A DNA stretch of 63,310 bases, counting the filler, from Lenisia limosa (Eukaryota > Protista > Breviatea), in NCBI GenBank assembly GCA_001655205.1. It is 14 parts of 14 records of this genome, joined end to end, with 100 filler letters (N's around TTAATTAATTAA, not from the genome) between each part and the next. Parts side by side here need not be neighbours in the genome. Positions count along the whole stretch, not along the records: positions 11,523 to 14,234 come from LPNZ01010551.1; positions 14,335 to 16,620 come from LPNZ01007497.1; positions 16,721 to 21,307 come from LPNZ01009467.1; positions 21,408 to 23,981 come from LPNZ01011032.1; positions 24,082 to 25,354 come from LPNZ01001618.1; positions 25,455 to 26,853 come from LPNZ01011485.1; 8 more parts are not named here. The stretch is one strand, 5' to 3'. Every line of letters begins with the position of its first letter. Positions within the stretch are counted from its first letter, which is position 1. Below, piece by piece: positions 13,971 through 26,953 of this stretch. Made by a program: the position numbers and the translations under genes. The notes beneath the pieces were generated by a model. That model worked only from the letters and a program-made list of their open reading frames with translations. It had not been told where the DNA came from and searched no databases.

Positions 13971-14869
13971 AGCTTGCAAATGGTTATTTATATTAAAATC
14001 CAATATATCTCTTATAAGCGTGATGGAGTGGACGCGTTGAAAATGACTGTTCGAACGAGTTAAAAGACCCAAAAAATGTTACGTATGGTCCAGTAAACCC
14101 TAATACTATGTTTGATACTGTTGTTTTTTTTGGTATTCCCAATAATCTATTATCTGCATTCCAAGTCGGGTAATCAAATACTTATCTATTCTCTTCAAAA
14201 AACTACCCTCCCCCTTTCTCACAGCTTTACACCCNNNNNNNNNNNNNNNNNNNNNNNNNNNNNNNNNNNNNNNNNNNNTTAATTAATTAANNNNNNNNNN
14301 NNNNNNNNNNNNNNNNNNNNNNNNNNNNNNNNNNTGGGGATGCTAGAAAAATAGAAATATCATTGATATTCATCGAAGGTACTGTACCCTCCACAGTAAT
14401 ACTCAAATGTAATCGTTTCCAGATTTCTCAATTTCGAGTAAAAAAAGATGAATATTTACAATTGTTGCTTTGTTTATAAAATTCTTCGAAAACGCAAAAA
14501 AAAAATCTAAAATAACATCCCCTTGCAAAGAGACAATTCAAAAAAAACAGTGTCAAAAAAAGCAAAAACAAAGCCANNNNNNNNNNNNNNNNNNNNNNNN
14601 NNNNNNNNNNNNNNNNNNNNNNNNNNNNNNNNNNNNNNNNNNNNNNNNNNNNNNNNNNNNNNNNNNNNNNNNNNNNNNNNNNNNNNNNNNNNNNNNNNNN
14701 NNNNNNNNNNNNNNNNCTCGTAATTATATATATTATTTCATTTGCTTTTTTGAAGAAGAGATTATGTCAATAAACCTAGTTCTCTTGTCCAAAAAAATAA
14801 AATAAATTAAGGTTATTTCAATGAAATTGACAGTGAGTTATCTTATTCAAAAAAAAGAAATAAATGTTA

Positions 14870-16470
14870 TGTCAATGAAAGAAATGGGCACTATTTTGCC
14901 CACAAGTCGCCTAGCAGGAGGCTGTTGGTTATCAAGGACGTCAGCTGGCATATCAAGATCGGGTGGCCTGGGAGGGTGAGGGATTAGACTGAAGAGGAAT
15001 GTAAAATTGAAAAATTTTGAAACAAAAAAAAAAACCCAAATCAACTCTGNNNNNNNNNNNNNNNNNNNNNNNNNNNNNNNNNNNNNNNNNNNNNNNNNNN
15101 NNNNNNNNNNNNNNNNNNNNCACACAAGTGTTGATAACGTGAAGAAGGTGAAACAGTAATTGAAGAAAGATTCCTGATTTTCATCTCACCCCCAACCTCT
15201 GGAAACCTTCATCCTCCACGTTGATATCAGCTCCGCCGTCATTATCGGGACCGAAGGTGTTCTCTCCGGTCATAATATTGCGAAGCATCTACGCGCGTTA
15301 GGCAGGCACGGGTGAGGTGATAGAATTTTGTTACTATCAACTCATCTGTACAAAATGTGCATTTTTTGTATTTGTCTTCATATTTAACATTCTTGTGAAA
15401 AAAACAAAACAAAAAAAACATCATCCCTAGCTATATTTTTGGATCCAGATCCTTGATTTTGGGGGTAGAATCTAAACAGATACTCTCTAGATCTGGTCCC
15501 ACAAACCTCTCGCACGGCACCCTGGTTCTGAGTCTTTTGAGCGAGTTGCGTGAGGTCAACTGCTGATGTACCTTGAATGATTTCTTCAACAAGTCTACGG
15601 GGGNNNNNNNNNNNNNNNNNNNNNNNNNNNNNNNNNNNNNNNNNNNNNNNNNNNNNNNNNNNNNNNNNNNNNNNNNNNNNNNNNNNNNNNNNNNNNNNNN
15701 NNNNNNNNNNNNNNNNNNNNNNNNNNNNNNNNNNNNNNNNNNNNNNNNNNNNNNNNNNNNNNNNNNNNNNNNNNNNNNNNNNNNNNNNNNNNNNNNNNNN
15801 NNNNNNNNNNNNNNNNNNNNNNNNNNNNNNNNNNTTTCTCAATGGAGTTCGACACCAAAAGCCGAACGACAGTAATCTGGAGGGTGATTATGGGTATAGC
15901 TTCAGGTTCTGATAGATCTTAGAAAAAAGATTCCCCCAAGGTTTCTAATAGTATATTGCAAAATATTTTTCTGTTCAAAAAAAAAAAAACTTACCGGCTT
16001 GGTTTGANNNNNNNNNNNNNNNNNNNNNNNNNNNNNNNNNNNNNNNNNNNNNNNNNNNNNNNNNNNNNNNNNNNNNNNNNNNNCTGGTACTCCGCAAATG
16101 GCTAAATACGTTATATATAAAGCTGGGGAATATATCAAGGGTGTCCTCGGCGGATGGCGAAGTAGCGTTAGAATTCAACCTTTATTTCAGTAATATTTCA
16201 GTAATATTTCAGTATTCCCAGTTTGGTTCAAATGCATAACGGTCATTTTACATCTATAATACATAATAAATAGTGTTAATAAAACAACAGGCCCGAAGCC
16301 TACGTTCCACCAAGGATCTAGGAAAATAACAATAGAGGCTTCGGTTAGAGTGAGACCTTCTCCACCGACCTGAGAATAGTTACTTTTAAGGAGATGTTGA
16401 GAATATGCACAGAGCTTACTCAAAAGTGAGCAAGAAAACCACAATATATCAAGAATTTTGGGAAAATATT
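14870..16470 (-). CDS. SNF2/SWI2-family helicase, C-terminal helicase domain and tail (partial)
   Basis: Exons give VFLLT..., VGGEGLTLTEASIVIFLDPWWN|PFAEYQ and ITVVRLLVSNSIEK, i.e. SNF2 motifs V-VI and the following region. Confidence 0.8.
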
Positions 16471-16720
16471 TTACAGAGAACGTAGAGCTGGGGAGATTGG
16501 AGGATTCGCAGTTAGTAAAATAAAGAGGTGGCAGAGAGGAACACCTCTACGAATACCGCCCTCCCCCTCTATTCGATTAAATGCCAATTGATCACCGGCA
16601 CCCCCCCCCCTCCGCAGACCNNNNNNNNNNNNNNNNNNNNNNNNNNNNNNNNNNNNNNNNNNNNTTAATTAATTAANNNNNNNNNNNNNNNNNNNNNNNN
16701 NNNNNNNNNNNNNNNNNNNN

Positions 16721-19700
16721 CATCCCTCGGAGGGCTCGAGACATGTCTTGTTGTACCTGGGGGGGGGGGTGATTGAAATGTTCATGATAACTCACAAAAA
16801 CAACAGCTTATTGGCTAAACCTTTGAGACTGAGTCATCTCATTGAAACGTTATCACAATTCCCACAGCCATATCAGTGGCGTCGGCGACAGTGTCGTTCG
16901 TTGTAAGGGCTTGGTCCTGGTCCTCAATCTCGTAACCGAAGAACCGAGCGGGTTGCTCTTCATCGTCCAGTTGTGGGGCAGAGTACTGCGAGATGAAACA
17001 CGAAGTATGAATCTAAGATACGAAAGTTGATTCTGCCATATCCCAATTATCCAGGAGATTCAAGAGGAGTAAAGAAAAAAACGCAGGCGAAAAGGCCTAC
17101 TTTGGGGAACGTTTCGCTCTGCAGTTCTCCGGACACCTCATTTACTCGGTCTAATCTGAAAACCGTAAGACTCAAAACAGTAAATTATAGCAATATTAAT
17201 AGAGATAAAAAGTTGAAATGAATCTACGTCAAGAAAGGAAACTGAAATATATCGATAATTCAATCACTCGCCTTACAACTGCCTTCCACTACAGTCAGCC
17301 CCCTCACCTGTCTTCCACCTTGGAAATGGCTGCGGCTTTGGCGGCCAAACACTCGTCAAACTTCACATTGAACGCCTTCTTCTCCTCCCTTAGCCGATCG
17401 CCTGCGGGGTGAGGAATTAAGGGGGGCTATTGTGAGTATTAAGGGGGGCTACTATGAGTACAATACTCCAGTGTTGAAAATGAGATTAATTAAGCACATC
17501 CAACACTCGATTTACTTATTCTGTTCCATTATTCAACCCACAGAGAAGGAATATCTGCATTGTCTTCGCGGAGCTCGCGGCAAGCTGGAGGGGTGACGTG
17601 TAACAGGATATCAGCTAAGCCCACTACTGTCGATTCAGCTAAGCCCACTACTGTCGATTCAACACCTGTTCCATTTCAGCGTACCTGGAGGGGGTTGAAG
17701 GGCAGATCAGCGTCCGTTATTTCGGTGTCGNNNNNNNNNNNNNNNNNNNNNNNNNNNNNNNNNNNNNNNNNNNNNNNNNNNNNNNNNNNNNNNNNNNNNN
17801 NNNNNNNNNNTTGCGACGAGGGTCGGCCACGTGAGGACTGCGAATGTTATTAATCGACACAATGAGTTTACAGTTCATTTTAAATAAAATGACCTTTCAA
17901 ATACATCCCGCAAGTATGTTGACAAAAACGAGAGATGAACCGGTCTCACAGAATAGGTATGAATGTTTGAAAAGAAGTAAAAATATATATAAAAAAAAAC
18001 AATACACAGGGAACAGAGCACCCCGCATGGAAGAGACAATAATGATCAAGTCAAACCTGGGGTGNNNNNNNNNNNNNNNNNNNNNNNNNNNNNNNNNNNN
18101 NNNNNNNNNNNNNNNNNNNNNNNNNNNNNNNNNNNNNNNNNNNNNNNNNNNNNNNNNNNNNNNNNNNNNNNNNNNNNNNNNNNNNNNNNNNNNNNNNNNN
18201 NNNNNNNNNNNNNNNNNNNNNNNNNNNNNNNNNNNNNNNNNNNNNNNNNNNNNNNNNNNNNNNNNNNNNNNNNACCTGAGAATCTTGATTTTGCGAGTTA
18301 CTTCATCAATTTCCTTATTAGGCAAGAGAAGCGGGTAATTTGGGACGGTCAATGGAGCATCAAATGCCTTATAAGGTAAATGGTTTGTGCAGCTATGAAC
18401 TCAGATAGAAAAACCGGGAAATAACTACCTTGATAACAGTGGCGTGAACATCCATGAGGTCGTGGCAGTTTTCTTTAATGCGAGCAGCCACTAAGTCGCA
18501 GGCAATCTCGTCGTCACGTGCGGCCTGCCNNNNNNNNNNNNNNNNNNNNNNNNNNNNNNNNNNNNNNNNNNNNNNNNNNNNNNNNNNNNNNNNNNNNNNN
18601 NNNNNNNNNNNNNNNNNNNNNNNNNNNNNNNNNNNNNNNNNNNNNNNNNNNNNNNNNNNNNNNNNNNNNNNNNNNNNNNNNNNNNNNNNNNNNNNNNNNN
18701 NNNNNNNNNNNNNNNNNNNNNGGGGTTTATTAGAGCCTCCTCTCACCGAGTGCAATGAGCTCATTGAGACGTTGCGTGTTGAGCACCAGGTCTTCTTCCG
18801 TCACCTACAGGACTATTATTACAAGGACTATATATATGTTCCGATCAAGGTTATCGTCAAGCTAATAATAAAAATAATTTTTACCTCAAGTGGTGTCCAC
18901 GAAAATCCCTTCATTCTACCCTCGCCGTACCTGTTCAGCTTCAACCGCTTTTGCATTCTCCAAAACAAGCAGCGCGTGTTCGCTTCGAATGTGGTCTGTG
19001 GGGTCAAATATGGTTTTAGGATGACAACCTCCCCATAGCCTCCCCATAACAGATGTGACGCGACAAAGGCCCCACCAATTTGGTCGATCAACTTCTGCTG
19101 TTGTGCAGACTGGCTTTTTCGCTCCATTTCCTTCCACCGCTAAACTGTTGGTAGCTGCAAAATAGGAATATAATATTGGCTCTGAAAAGCGAGTAGACTG
19201 ATGAAGGGAAACAGTTCAACAAATCAACACAGCCCAATCCCACTCTGTCAGATTCAGCCACAAAGTCAAGGCTGCCTGCTTCAGCTGGAATCTCATCCTC
19301 TGCCTGAAGGGTGACAAGACCGGAAAGGGGTATGAAATGTCGAAAAATCCTTAAAAAGTACGATTCAAGGGTAATTGCGGAAGAAAACATCCTCTGGACC
19401 GAATTGAATGATTAGCAGGTTGACCCCCCCCCCCCCAANNNNNNNNNNNNNNNNNNNNNNNNNNNNNNNNNNNNNNNNNNNNNNNNNNNNNNNNNNNNNN
19501 NNNNNNNNCGATGTGGCCACAAGGCTGCGCTGCGGCTGCGGCTGTTACCAAAAATTCCAATGGGTAGGTTTGTGTTACAAACAATACATATCGCTACAGT
19601 AAAACCATTCTCTCATATCAATATGATAAGGTAATTCGCTCATTCAGAATATTATTATTAACCAAGTTCAAAACCTTGTAAACTCATCTTGAATCTCAGT

Positions 19701-21307
19701 TAAGTTTGATTATGCGATATTAACGATTTGGTGTTTTTCAGGTGACAGAATCCTGTCATAAAATATGAACCCCATACGATATGCCTGTCCCCCCTCAGGC
19801 AGGGGCCAGAAGATGATGAAGCCCTCAGCGTCCGTAGTAGCCATCCAGCGGCTGTCTGTTGAGAAAGCGACACTCGTTACCTCGGCCTGGAGCGTGAGAT
19901 CCTAACAGGTTGAGCCAAGGCCTACATTGCTGCCTCCGCAATGGAACCTTGCAGTGCTGCTCTGCGACAGGTCATTGAGCGTCCTCACACTGACCGCTCC
20001 GTCCTTACCGCCTGCAGTGTCAAATGGGTGAAGGCCAAATCCACGGGCTTCGCTTCGGTCTCATATTAAATCTTCGTGTATATCGACATTATAGAGTTAT
20101 ATTCATGGGGCTCCGCTGGTCATAATAATTGCCCCGCAGACCGGTGACAATGTACTGCGAATTGGGGGAGACGGCTATGAATGTTCCAGCCATTTCATGG
20201 GCAACCTGGGGGGGGGGGGGGGNNNNNNNNNNNNNNNNNNNNNNNNNNNNNNNNNNNNNNNNNNNNNNNNNNNNNNNNNNNNNNNNNNNNNNNNNNNNNN
20301 NNNNNNNNNNNNNNNNNNNNNNNNNNNNNNNNNNNNNNNNNNNNNNNNNNNNNNNNNNNNNNNNNNNNNNNNNNNNNNNNNNNNNNNNNNNNNNNNNNNN
20401 NNNNGCGTTGTCAAGAAGAAGCCGCGGAATGTCGGTCACAAGGAGCCGTCTGTCGGAAGTGACGCAACACACCGACTGCTGTCCGTCAGCTGCATGGACC
20501 TGGGGGGGTATGAATGTTTAGCCGTTCACAACGCCCTCCATGCGGCAACAAACCTTCGGTAACCCGACAATAGCTGAGGTTGGATGCGACAGTCGAAGCC
20601 ATCCACGCCCAACGTCAACAGGGGAAAGCTCGTAGCCGGTCTGGGGGGAGTGGGTAATACCATTCGACGAAAATACAAGAATTGAAATTCAAAAAACAAA
20701 CAAATCAACCCTATTGGGCCATATCGTAGTAGAATATAGTATTGAACTAGATCATATGGAGGCTGTTTGGTACCAGATCACATTATAAAAACTAAGCTTG
20801 AGGCTTGTGATTGTGTGATTTTGAAACATAATCGAAAGCGTGACTCTAGCAGTAATATGACATAATAATGAGGAGTCATCAAGATAGGCCTCTCCCAACC
20901 TCAGATGACGCGGGGTTGGTGGGGGCATTGAGGCGGTATACTGCGGAGGAGCAGGCAATAACANNNNNNNNNNNNNNNNNNNNNNNNNNNNNNNNNNNNN
21001 NNNNNNNNNNNNNNNNNNNNNNNNNNNNNNNNNNNNNNNNNNNNNNNNNNNNNNNNNNNNNNNNNNNNNNNNNNNNNNNNNNNNNNNNNNNNNNNNNNNN
21101 NNNNNNNNNNNNNNNNNNNNNGCTAGTGACTAAACATTTCAAACACAGAAGATACTACACAAACCAAAAGAGCAGGCATTATTCATACCTGGGGGAGGGA
21201 TGAGGCTGAGGGCAGTCGGCGTGGCAGGCACGGAAGCCCAGCCCAGCGGCGTGAGTGCGGTGGCGGAGGGACGCAACATGGCCACTCGACCTGAGCCGCT
21301 GACGGCA
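16721..21307 (-). CDS. CFAP43: WD40 plus coiled-coil axonemal protein, CFAP43-like (both ends cut)
   Basis: WD40 exons (VTSVAFSTDSRWMATTDAEGFIIFW; IAVSPNSQYIVTG) are followed by IKENCHDLMDVHATVIKAFDAPLTVPNYPL, KKAFNVKFDECLAAKAAAISKVEDR and DMSRALRGM. These resemble CFAP43 C-terminal blocks as I recall them. Orthology has not been tested by search. Confidence 0.65.
17611..17661. repeat. 24-bp tandem duplication
   Basis: (TCAGCTAAGCCCACTACTGTCGAT)2. Confidence 0.85.
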
Positions 21308-21407
21308 NNNNNNNNNNNNNNNNNNNNNNNNNNNNNNNNNNNNNNNNNNNNTTAATTAATTAANNNNNNNNNNNNNNNNNNNNNNNNNNNNNNNNNNNNN
21401 NNNNNNN

Positions 21408-23981
21408 TGGGGGAGGGATGGGGGGTTGAGCATTTGGGGGAGGAACTGGTGGCTGCACATTTGGAGGAGGGGCTTCTAAAAAATAAGTAAATAGGCAGAT
21501 AAATGAGAAATGAAATATGAAGTTGTCAAAGGAGGGCAAACAAATAGCATACGGGAGGCCGGGGGAGGTCCGCTTGGTGGAGGAGGCTGGCCTTCAGGAG
21601 GGGGAGGCTGGACACCTAGGAAAATCAACACATCAACTTATGAGCAACGTTTGAATATTCCATATCCGTACCGGGGGGAGGCGCCATGGCAGCGTTCTGG
21701 GTCTGGGCGGCCTGGGCAATAGCGGCACTTGCGGCAGCAGCAGCTCCGGCGGCGGCTTGCTGGGGGTCCGTGCCCTGGGTGGTGAGGAATGATCTTGGTT
21801 GGGACAATAACAATAAAAAAAAGACAGCTGAATATGACTTCGATCTTTGACAAAGTGTTAAATGATAACCAGGGTCTCAAGAGCTCACGGGGGGATACTG
21901 AGCATAGTAAGCCTGGTAGTAGAGCTGATACTGCTGCATCAGCTGGGCTTGGGCCTGAGCTGAGTGAAAAACGCCACAGAGAGAGCAATAACCTGGTGGT
22001 TACCCTCATTGTAATCCTGAAATCCGTGCTCACGGCGGTGTACATGCTATCCGTGGACTCTTCCTCTCCTGGAGCTCCGGGGACAGCTGCAGCATAGGGG
22101 TACGGGGGGTAAACATAAGCTGCGGTGTGAGGAGGCTGCTCAAGAGAACACGAATAGAGTGGGGTGTCTAGGCAAATATGACATGATACAAAATTGAGAA
22201 TGCGTTCAGTGCTGAAAGCCCCCCCCCCCCCNNNNNNNNNNNNNNNNNNNNNNNNNNNNNNNNNNNNNNNNNNNNNNNNNNNNNNNNNNNNNNNNNNNNN
22301 NNNNNNNNNNNNTAGGGCTGATGTCTGCGGCCTAATTCGTTAGTTGAAATAATTTCATTTTGTAATAAAGTTCTTGGTGTTGAACGGGTTGCTATAAAAA
22401 GACAAAACCCCTGCTACTCTTTCCTCTCATCTGGGCACCCTTGCGCTCATATTCCACTAGGTCATCTTTCACGGTTGCAACGAGACTGACTACTAGCTTC
22501 TTCCCCTCCTCCAGTTGGGCGTCAGTGTTGGCTACAATTGTGAGCAAAACTGCAGACTAAAGGAATCTTGGAATGGGACTTCAAGTTTTCCCCCACTTAC
22601 CGATAAGTTGTACCCACATTTGCTCGCTGCCTTCTTCTCCCTGAAATGTAAGAGTGGAGCAAAATAGACAATAGATACCCCTCACAGTTTCAGGTTCAAG
22701 ATAATTTGAGCCGCGACCGCGAAGTTGGACCTTGCAGCCTGTTTCCTGCTGGATGTGCTTGACATATGACCCTCCTGCTCCGATAATGCGGCCCTGAGGG
22801 GGCAGGTAAATAGGAAGCCACAAAACAAAGCAAAAAAAAACAAAAACAAAGAGGACATGATTTTGAAATAATAATCAAGGCTTGATAATAATATATCAAA
22901 TATATGATACAAAAATTTGTTGAAAAAAGTAAAAACAAAGGGGAGATAACAAAAAAAATCGACTAGTGCAGGATTTGAACCTACGCGGGCAGAACCCAAC
23001 AGATTTCTAATCTGTCGCCTTAACCACTCGGCCAACTAGTCACTTAAAAAATTTTTGAACCAGATTGGATGCCGACCGTAGTTTTTCGCGCCCTCCCGGC
23101 GCGCAAAATCACTTTCCCCAACAAATTGCAATATAACTAATTCTCAAAACTGGACCAGTGTTATACCGTTTTTTGGGTTATTGTCAATTTCCCTTTCTTT
23201 GTCAGACTGTTTCCCATCCCCTTTCCAAGTAGTTAATTAATACATGTCTTTGTAACTAAAAAGCAAAAATGTCAATTTTTCGATTTTGTTCTTTCAAAAC
23301 GTGCAAATTGATTTTCACCAGTCAACCGCCGGTTCCTGATTTTATGAAGACAATTATGTGAAAGAAAAGGACACCCCTCACTCGAATGTTGAATCCTCTG
23401 ACATCATCAAGACCAATCTCAACTCGTGTGGTGGACTAAAAAGTTAATGTCACCCAGGGTGGCCTCACCGAAATATTTGGAACTTGGTCGACTACTTACG
23501 TAAGGAACCCCCGGCCTACTTTGCCAGCATAGTTGTTGACGGTGCCTTGAAATCCGAGCCCCGAGCGAGCTGATGGGCCAACGCCTGCACCAATGGGACC
23601 GACAANNNNNNNNNNNNNNNNNNNNNNNNNNNNNNNNNNNNNNNNNNNNNNNNNNNNNNNNNNNNNNNNNNNNNNNNNNNNNNNNNNNNNNNNNNNNNNN
23701 NNNNNNNNNNNNNNNNNNNNNNNNNNNNNNNNNNNNNNNNNNNNNNNNNNNNNNNNNNNNNNNNNNNNNNNNNNNNNNNNNNNNNNNNNNNNNNNNNNAA
23801 AAGTCATTATTAAAGTGCTAACCCAATCCTTAATAGTTATCGATCCGAGCATCATTGCGTGACCTTATTTATATATATTGAAGTGAAGATCCATGTCATT
23901 ATTGTAATCTTCCTGGATACCCACCTCCAGCCATCGCTTCCTCCACAAGGGCACGCGCCTTATCAACACCACTCTGTGGGG
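21408..23981 (-). CDS. KH-domain RNA-binding protein, KHDC4/BLOM7-like (partial)
   Basis: STTRVEIGLDDVRGFNIR|GRIIGAGGSYVKHIQQETGCKVQLRGRGSNYLEPET|GEEGSEQMWVQLI...EEGKKLVVSLVATVK (GxxG KH loop), followed by Ala/Pro-rich exons. Confidence 0.72.
22960..23041 (-). tRNA. tRNA-Ser (anticodon AGA), intronic
   Basis: GACTAGT/ACTAGTC acceptor stem, TGGCCGAGTGG A-box/D arm, ACAGA-TTAGAAA-TCTGT anticodon arm, long variable arm, GGTTCAAATCC B-box, discriminator G, and an oligo-T Pol III terminator just downstream. Confidence 0.95.
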
Positions 23982-24212
23982 NNNNNNNNNNNNNNNNNNN
24001 NNNNNNNNNNNNNNNNNNNNNNNNNTTAATTAATTAANNNNNNNNNNNNNNNNNNNNNNNNNNNNNNNNNNNNNNNNNNNNAGTGCTGAGAGCTATCTGG
24101 TGCACATAAGACCGAAGCTTCACAAGCTCTCATATCCAAAACAAGCGAATCCATAATCGATGACTCACAACGTAGAAATAAATGCATATTACCATAAGAA
24201 AAGATTGTCAAA

Positions 24213-25354
24213 TTAGTAGGCGGAGCTCTTGTGTTTGGGGGTGAAGACATAATTCTCAGGAACTACAAAGAGGTAAGGGTTGAGCAACAGAAATAACACT
24301 TCAATGACACCACCACTTTCTTCAATTGTCCACAAAGCCCAATCAGTGCAAGTATCGAAACACCCTCCCTACCCTTTCCCAAAATGTGTTCTGAGATTTT
24401 GACCCAATCTGAGGCCGCAGGAGAGCCCAAAAGAGTTTCCATGTCACAGCGACCTGGTAGCTTTAGTCAGCAAAGGATGACTTGTCACAAAAGTCGATAT
24501 CAGGGAGTATTTTCCTGTGAGCCTTCGGAAGCAACAAATATAACGAAACATCACAATAGTCCAAAAAGTCGAAGATACTCTTGCTATTCTGCTGACCAGT
24601 GTAGGGGGGAGGGCGCTGGTTCATTCTGAGTGTGTGTCCACTTTCTAACAGGCCGTGCTTGGGGGTAAGGGTTCCATAATGGTGAAGTTTTGAATCAAAG
24701 ATCAGAACTTCAAGACCCAAGAATATAACATTTGTTGAAATTCAAGAAACAATCGTCATTATTTGGAAAAAACCCCTACTAAACGTATTGAAAACCCAAC
24801 AAGTCAGCACAACCTACCGGAACATATCGGGTGTGGAAAGACAGGAATTCCAGAAGGTACGTGCGGGTTGTTTCAATTCCCTGAAGCAATAAGAAAATCA
24901 ACTTATTTTGATAATAGTCAGAGCACCAGCTTGCACGCACAATCCCCCTTTCTTGNNNNNNNNNNNNNNNNNNNNNNNNNNNNNNNNNNNNNNNNNNNNN
25001 NNNNNNNNNNNNNNNNNNNNNNNNNNNNNNNNNNNNNNNNNNNNNNNNNNNNNNNNNNNNNNNNNNNNTTGAGCATTTTCATCCGATCTGTAGCCGACAT
25101 GTCAATGTCGCGCTTTTGACCAATCTGGGAAGACAAGCTCATTTACAATGGGTTGTTCAAGAAATAGTCCTTTGTGACTGTAAGAACCATATTCATTCAG
25201 AAAGTGTGCTCAGTGCAGTTGCATAAAAAAAACGCCCAAGTCCTTCAGCTCGAAAACGGCCATGTCGCTCACCTCAGAGAAGATCCAAGGCTTCATAAGG
25301 GCGCCTCTAGCCAGCATCACAGCGTCACATTCATTCGCGTCGAGATGGTTGTAG
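24213..25354 (-). CDS. DUS3: tRNA-dihydrouridine(47) synthase DUS3, C-terminal part
   Basis: [19 protein letters not shown]|[18 protein letters not shown]...GLLE...NQRPPPYTG|[26 protein letters not shown]|[16 protein letters not shown]. This is the diagnostic DUS3 C-terminus. Confidence 0.9.
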
Positions 25355-26280
25355 NNNNNNNNNNNNNNNNNNNNNNNNNNNNNNNNNNNNNNNNNNNNTT
25401 AATTAATTAANNNNNNNNNNNNNNNNNNNNNNNNNNNNNNNNNNNNNNNNNNNNGTTATTATTTGGGCCGACTTTCAGGTTTTTTGAGTACCTTCTTATT
25501 ACTGTATAACATTCTTGTTACTGTACTCAGATCATATCATATTACATAATATCATTAATATCATTAAATTACCATATTATTGCTGTACAAACTAAAAACC
25601 TCAGGTGCGGCTACTCACCGTCCATCGGAGAGCCAACGACAGCCTCCTAACACGTCTGCAGGGGGGGGGGGGNNNNNNNNNNNNNNNNNNNNNNNNNNNN
25701 NNNNNNNNNNNNNNNNNNNNNNNNNNNNNNNNNNNNNNNNNNNNNNNNNNNNNNNNNNNNNNNNNNNNNNNNNNNNNNNNNNNNNNNNNNNNNNNGCGGC
25801 GAAGGCAACAACAAGGCGCCCTTCACCCCCTAGCTCCCCCGCTGGTATGCTAAACCTTTATCCAATCCCCATCAATGAACGCGTTGGGTTTAATCTTGCT
25901 GATCTTGATGAATATTGTTGACGACTTTACAGACCCCTATACCATTCCCATATTCTATCCTCATTGTTCGAATATTCTGTTTCTGTCGTTTTCTATCAGG
26001 TGCTTATTGGTAAAGCGTGCCGGTTTTTTTTTATGTTTCAATCATCCTGTAGAATTGGTACCACAAGCCAGCCAAGGTCACAAGACAACTTGGGCCTAGA
26101 CCCTTCTAATGTTTCTTTTTTGTATTCTGTACAGTAGCGTGATTATTTAGGTATTTGCCCCGTTTTCTTAATACCGTGTTTTTATTTCTTGTTATTGCAC
26201 ACAAATATTCTAAATTCCTTCTATGCGATACTGTGGTAAGGTAATACGTAATTCATTTCCACAACATAAGAAACAAAGCA

Positions 26281-26420
26281 TTACTCCTCCTGTTCGCTTT
26301 CCATCTCATCATTACCCTCTTCCTCTGCTTCCTCAACAATCTCTTCCATCTCCGCCCCCTCCGTCTCTTCCTCCATATCGGCAGCACTCTCCAAGGAGTC
26401 TTCCAACGCTTTGCATATGC
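26281..26420 (-). CDS. Last exon of an unidentified gene with an acidic tail
   Basis: ALEDSLESAADMEEETEGAEMEEIVEEAEEEGNDEMESEQEE* with an upstream AG acceptor. Confidence 0.4.
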
Positions 26421-26953
26421 TGAACAGAAAAGTGGTATCACAGTGGCTTGGTCCGCGACTCACTACCGAACACCTAGGCGAGGGGGGGGGGTAACGAAGG
26501 AGAAAATTGGAGTAAAGGTCCATCACAAAGCGAATATTCTGAAACTCCAAAAAAACGAGAAAGAGACTCGAGCAGGGTAAAGTCTTTGAATTCACATAAC
26601 CCCTAGAATTAAAGAAGAGAGGGAAATTTCAAAAAAACCCAAAATACACCCTGGTAGTCTTGTGAATACGTGAGAATTCTCATTTTTTACACGGAAATCC
26701 CATGGAATTTTATGGAAAACAGAAGAAATTTATGGGATTCCCAAATAATACAAGGGAATTCCAAGTCCATGCGCCGCAGTGTAGACATACGAGGGTTGAG
26801 AACAACAGTTGGGGAGGGAGCGGAGGGGGGGATGCTGAAAAAAGCAAAACAAANNNNNNNNNNNNNNNNNNNNNNNNNNNNNNNNNNNNNNNNNNNNTTA
26901 ATTAATTAANNNNNNNNNNNNNNNNNNNNNNNNNNNNNNNNNNNNNNNNNNNN

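Noticed and set aside
24120-24170. VIDYGFAC as a protein kinase DFG-like motif
   Set aside because: It lies downstream of the DUS3 stop, is followed at once by a stop, and no other kinase motifs are present.
25455-26100. Continuation of DUS3 across the linker
   Set aside because: No convincing DUS3 motifs, too little space before another gene's stop at 26281, and a linker intervenes.
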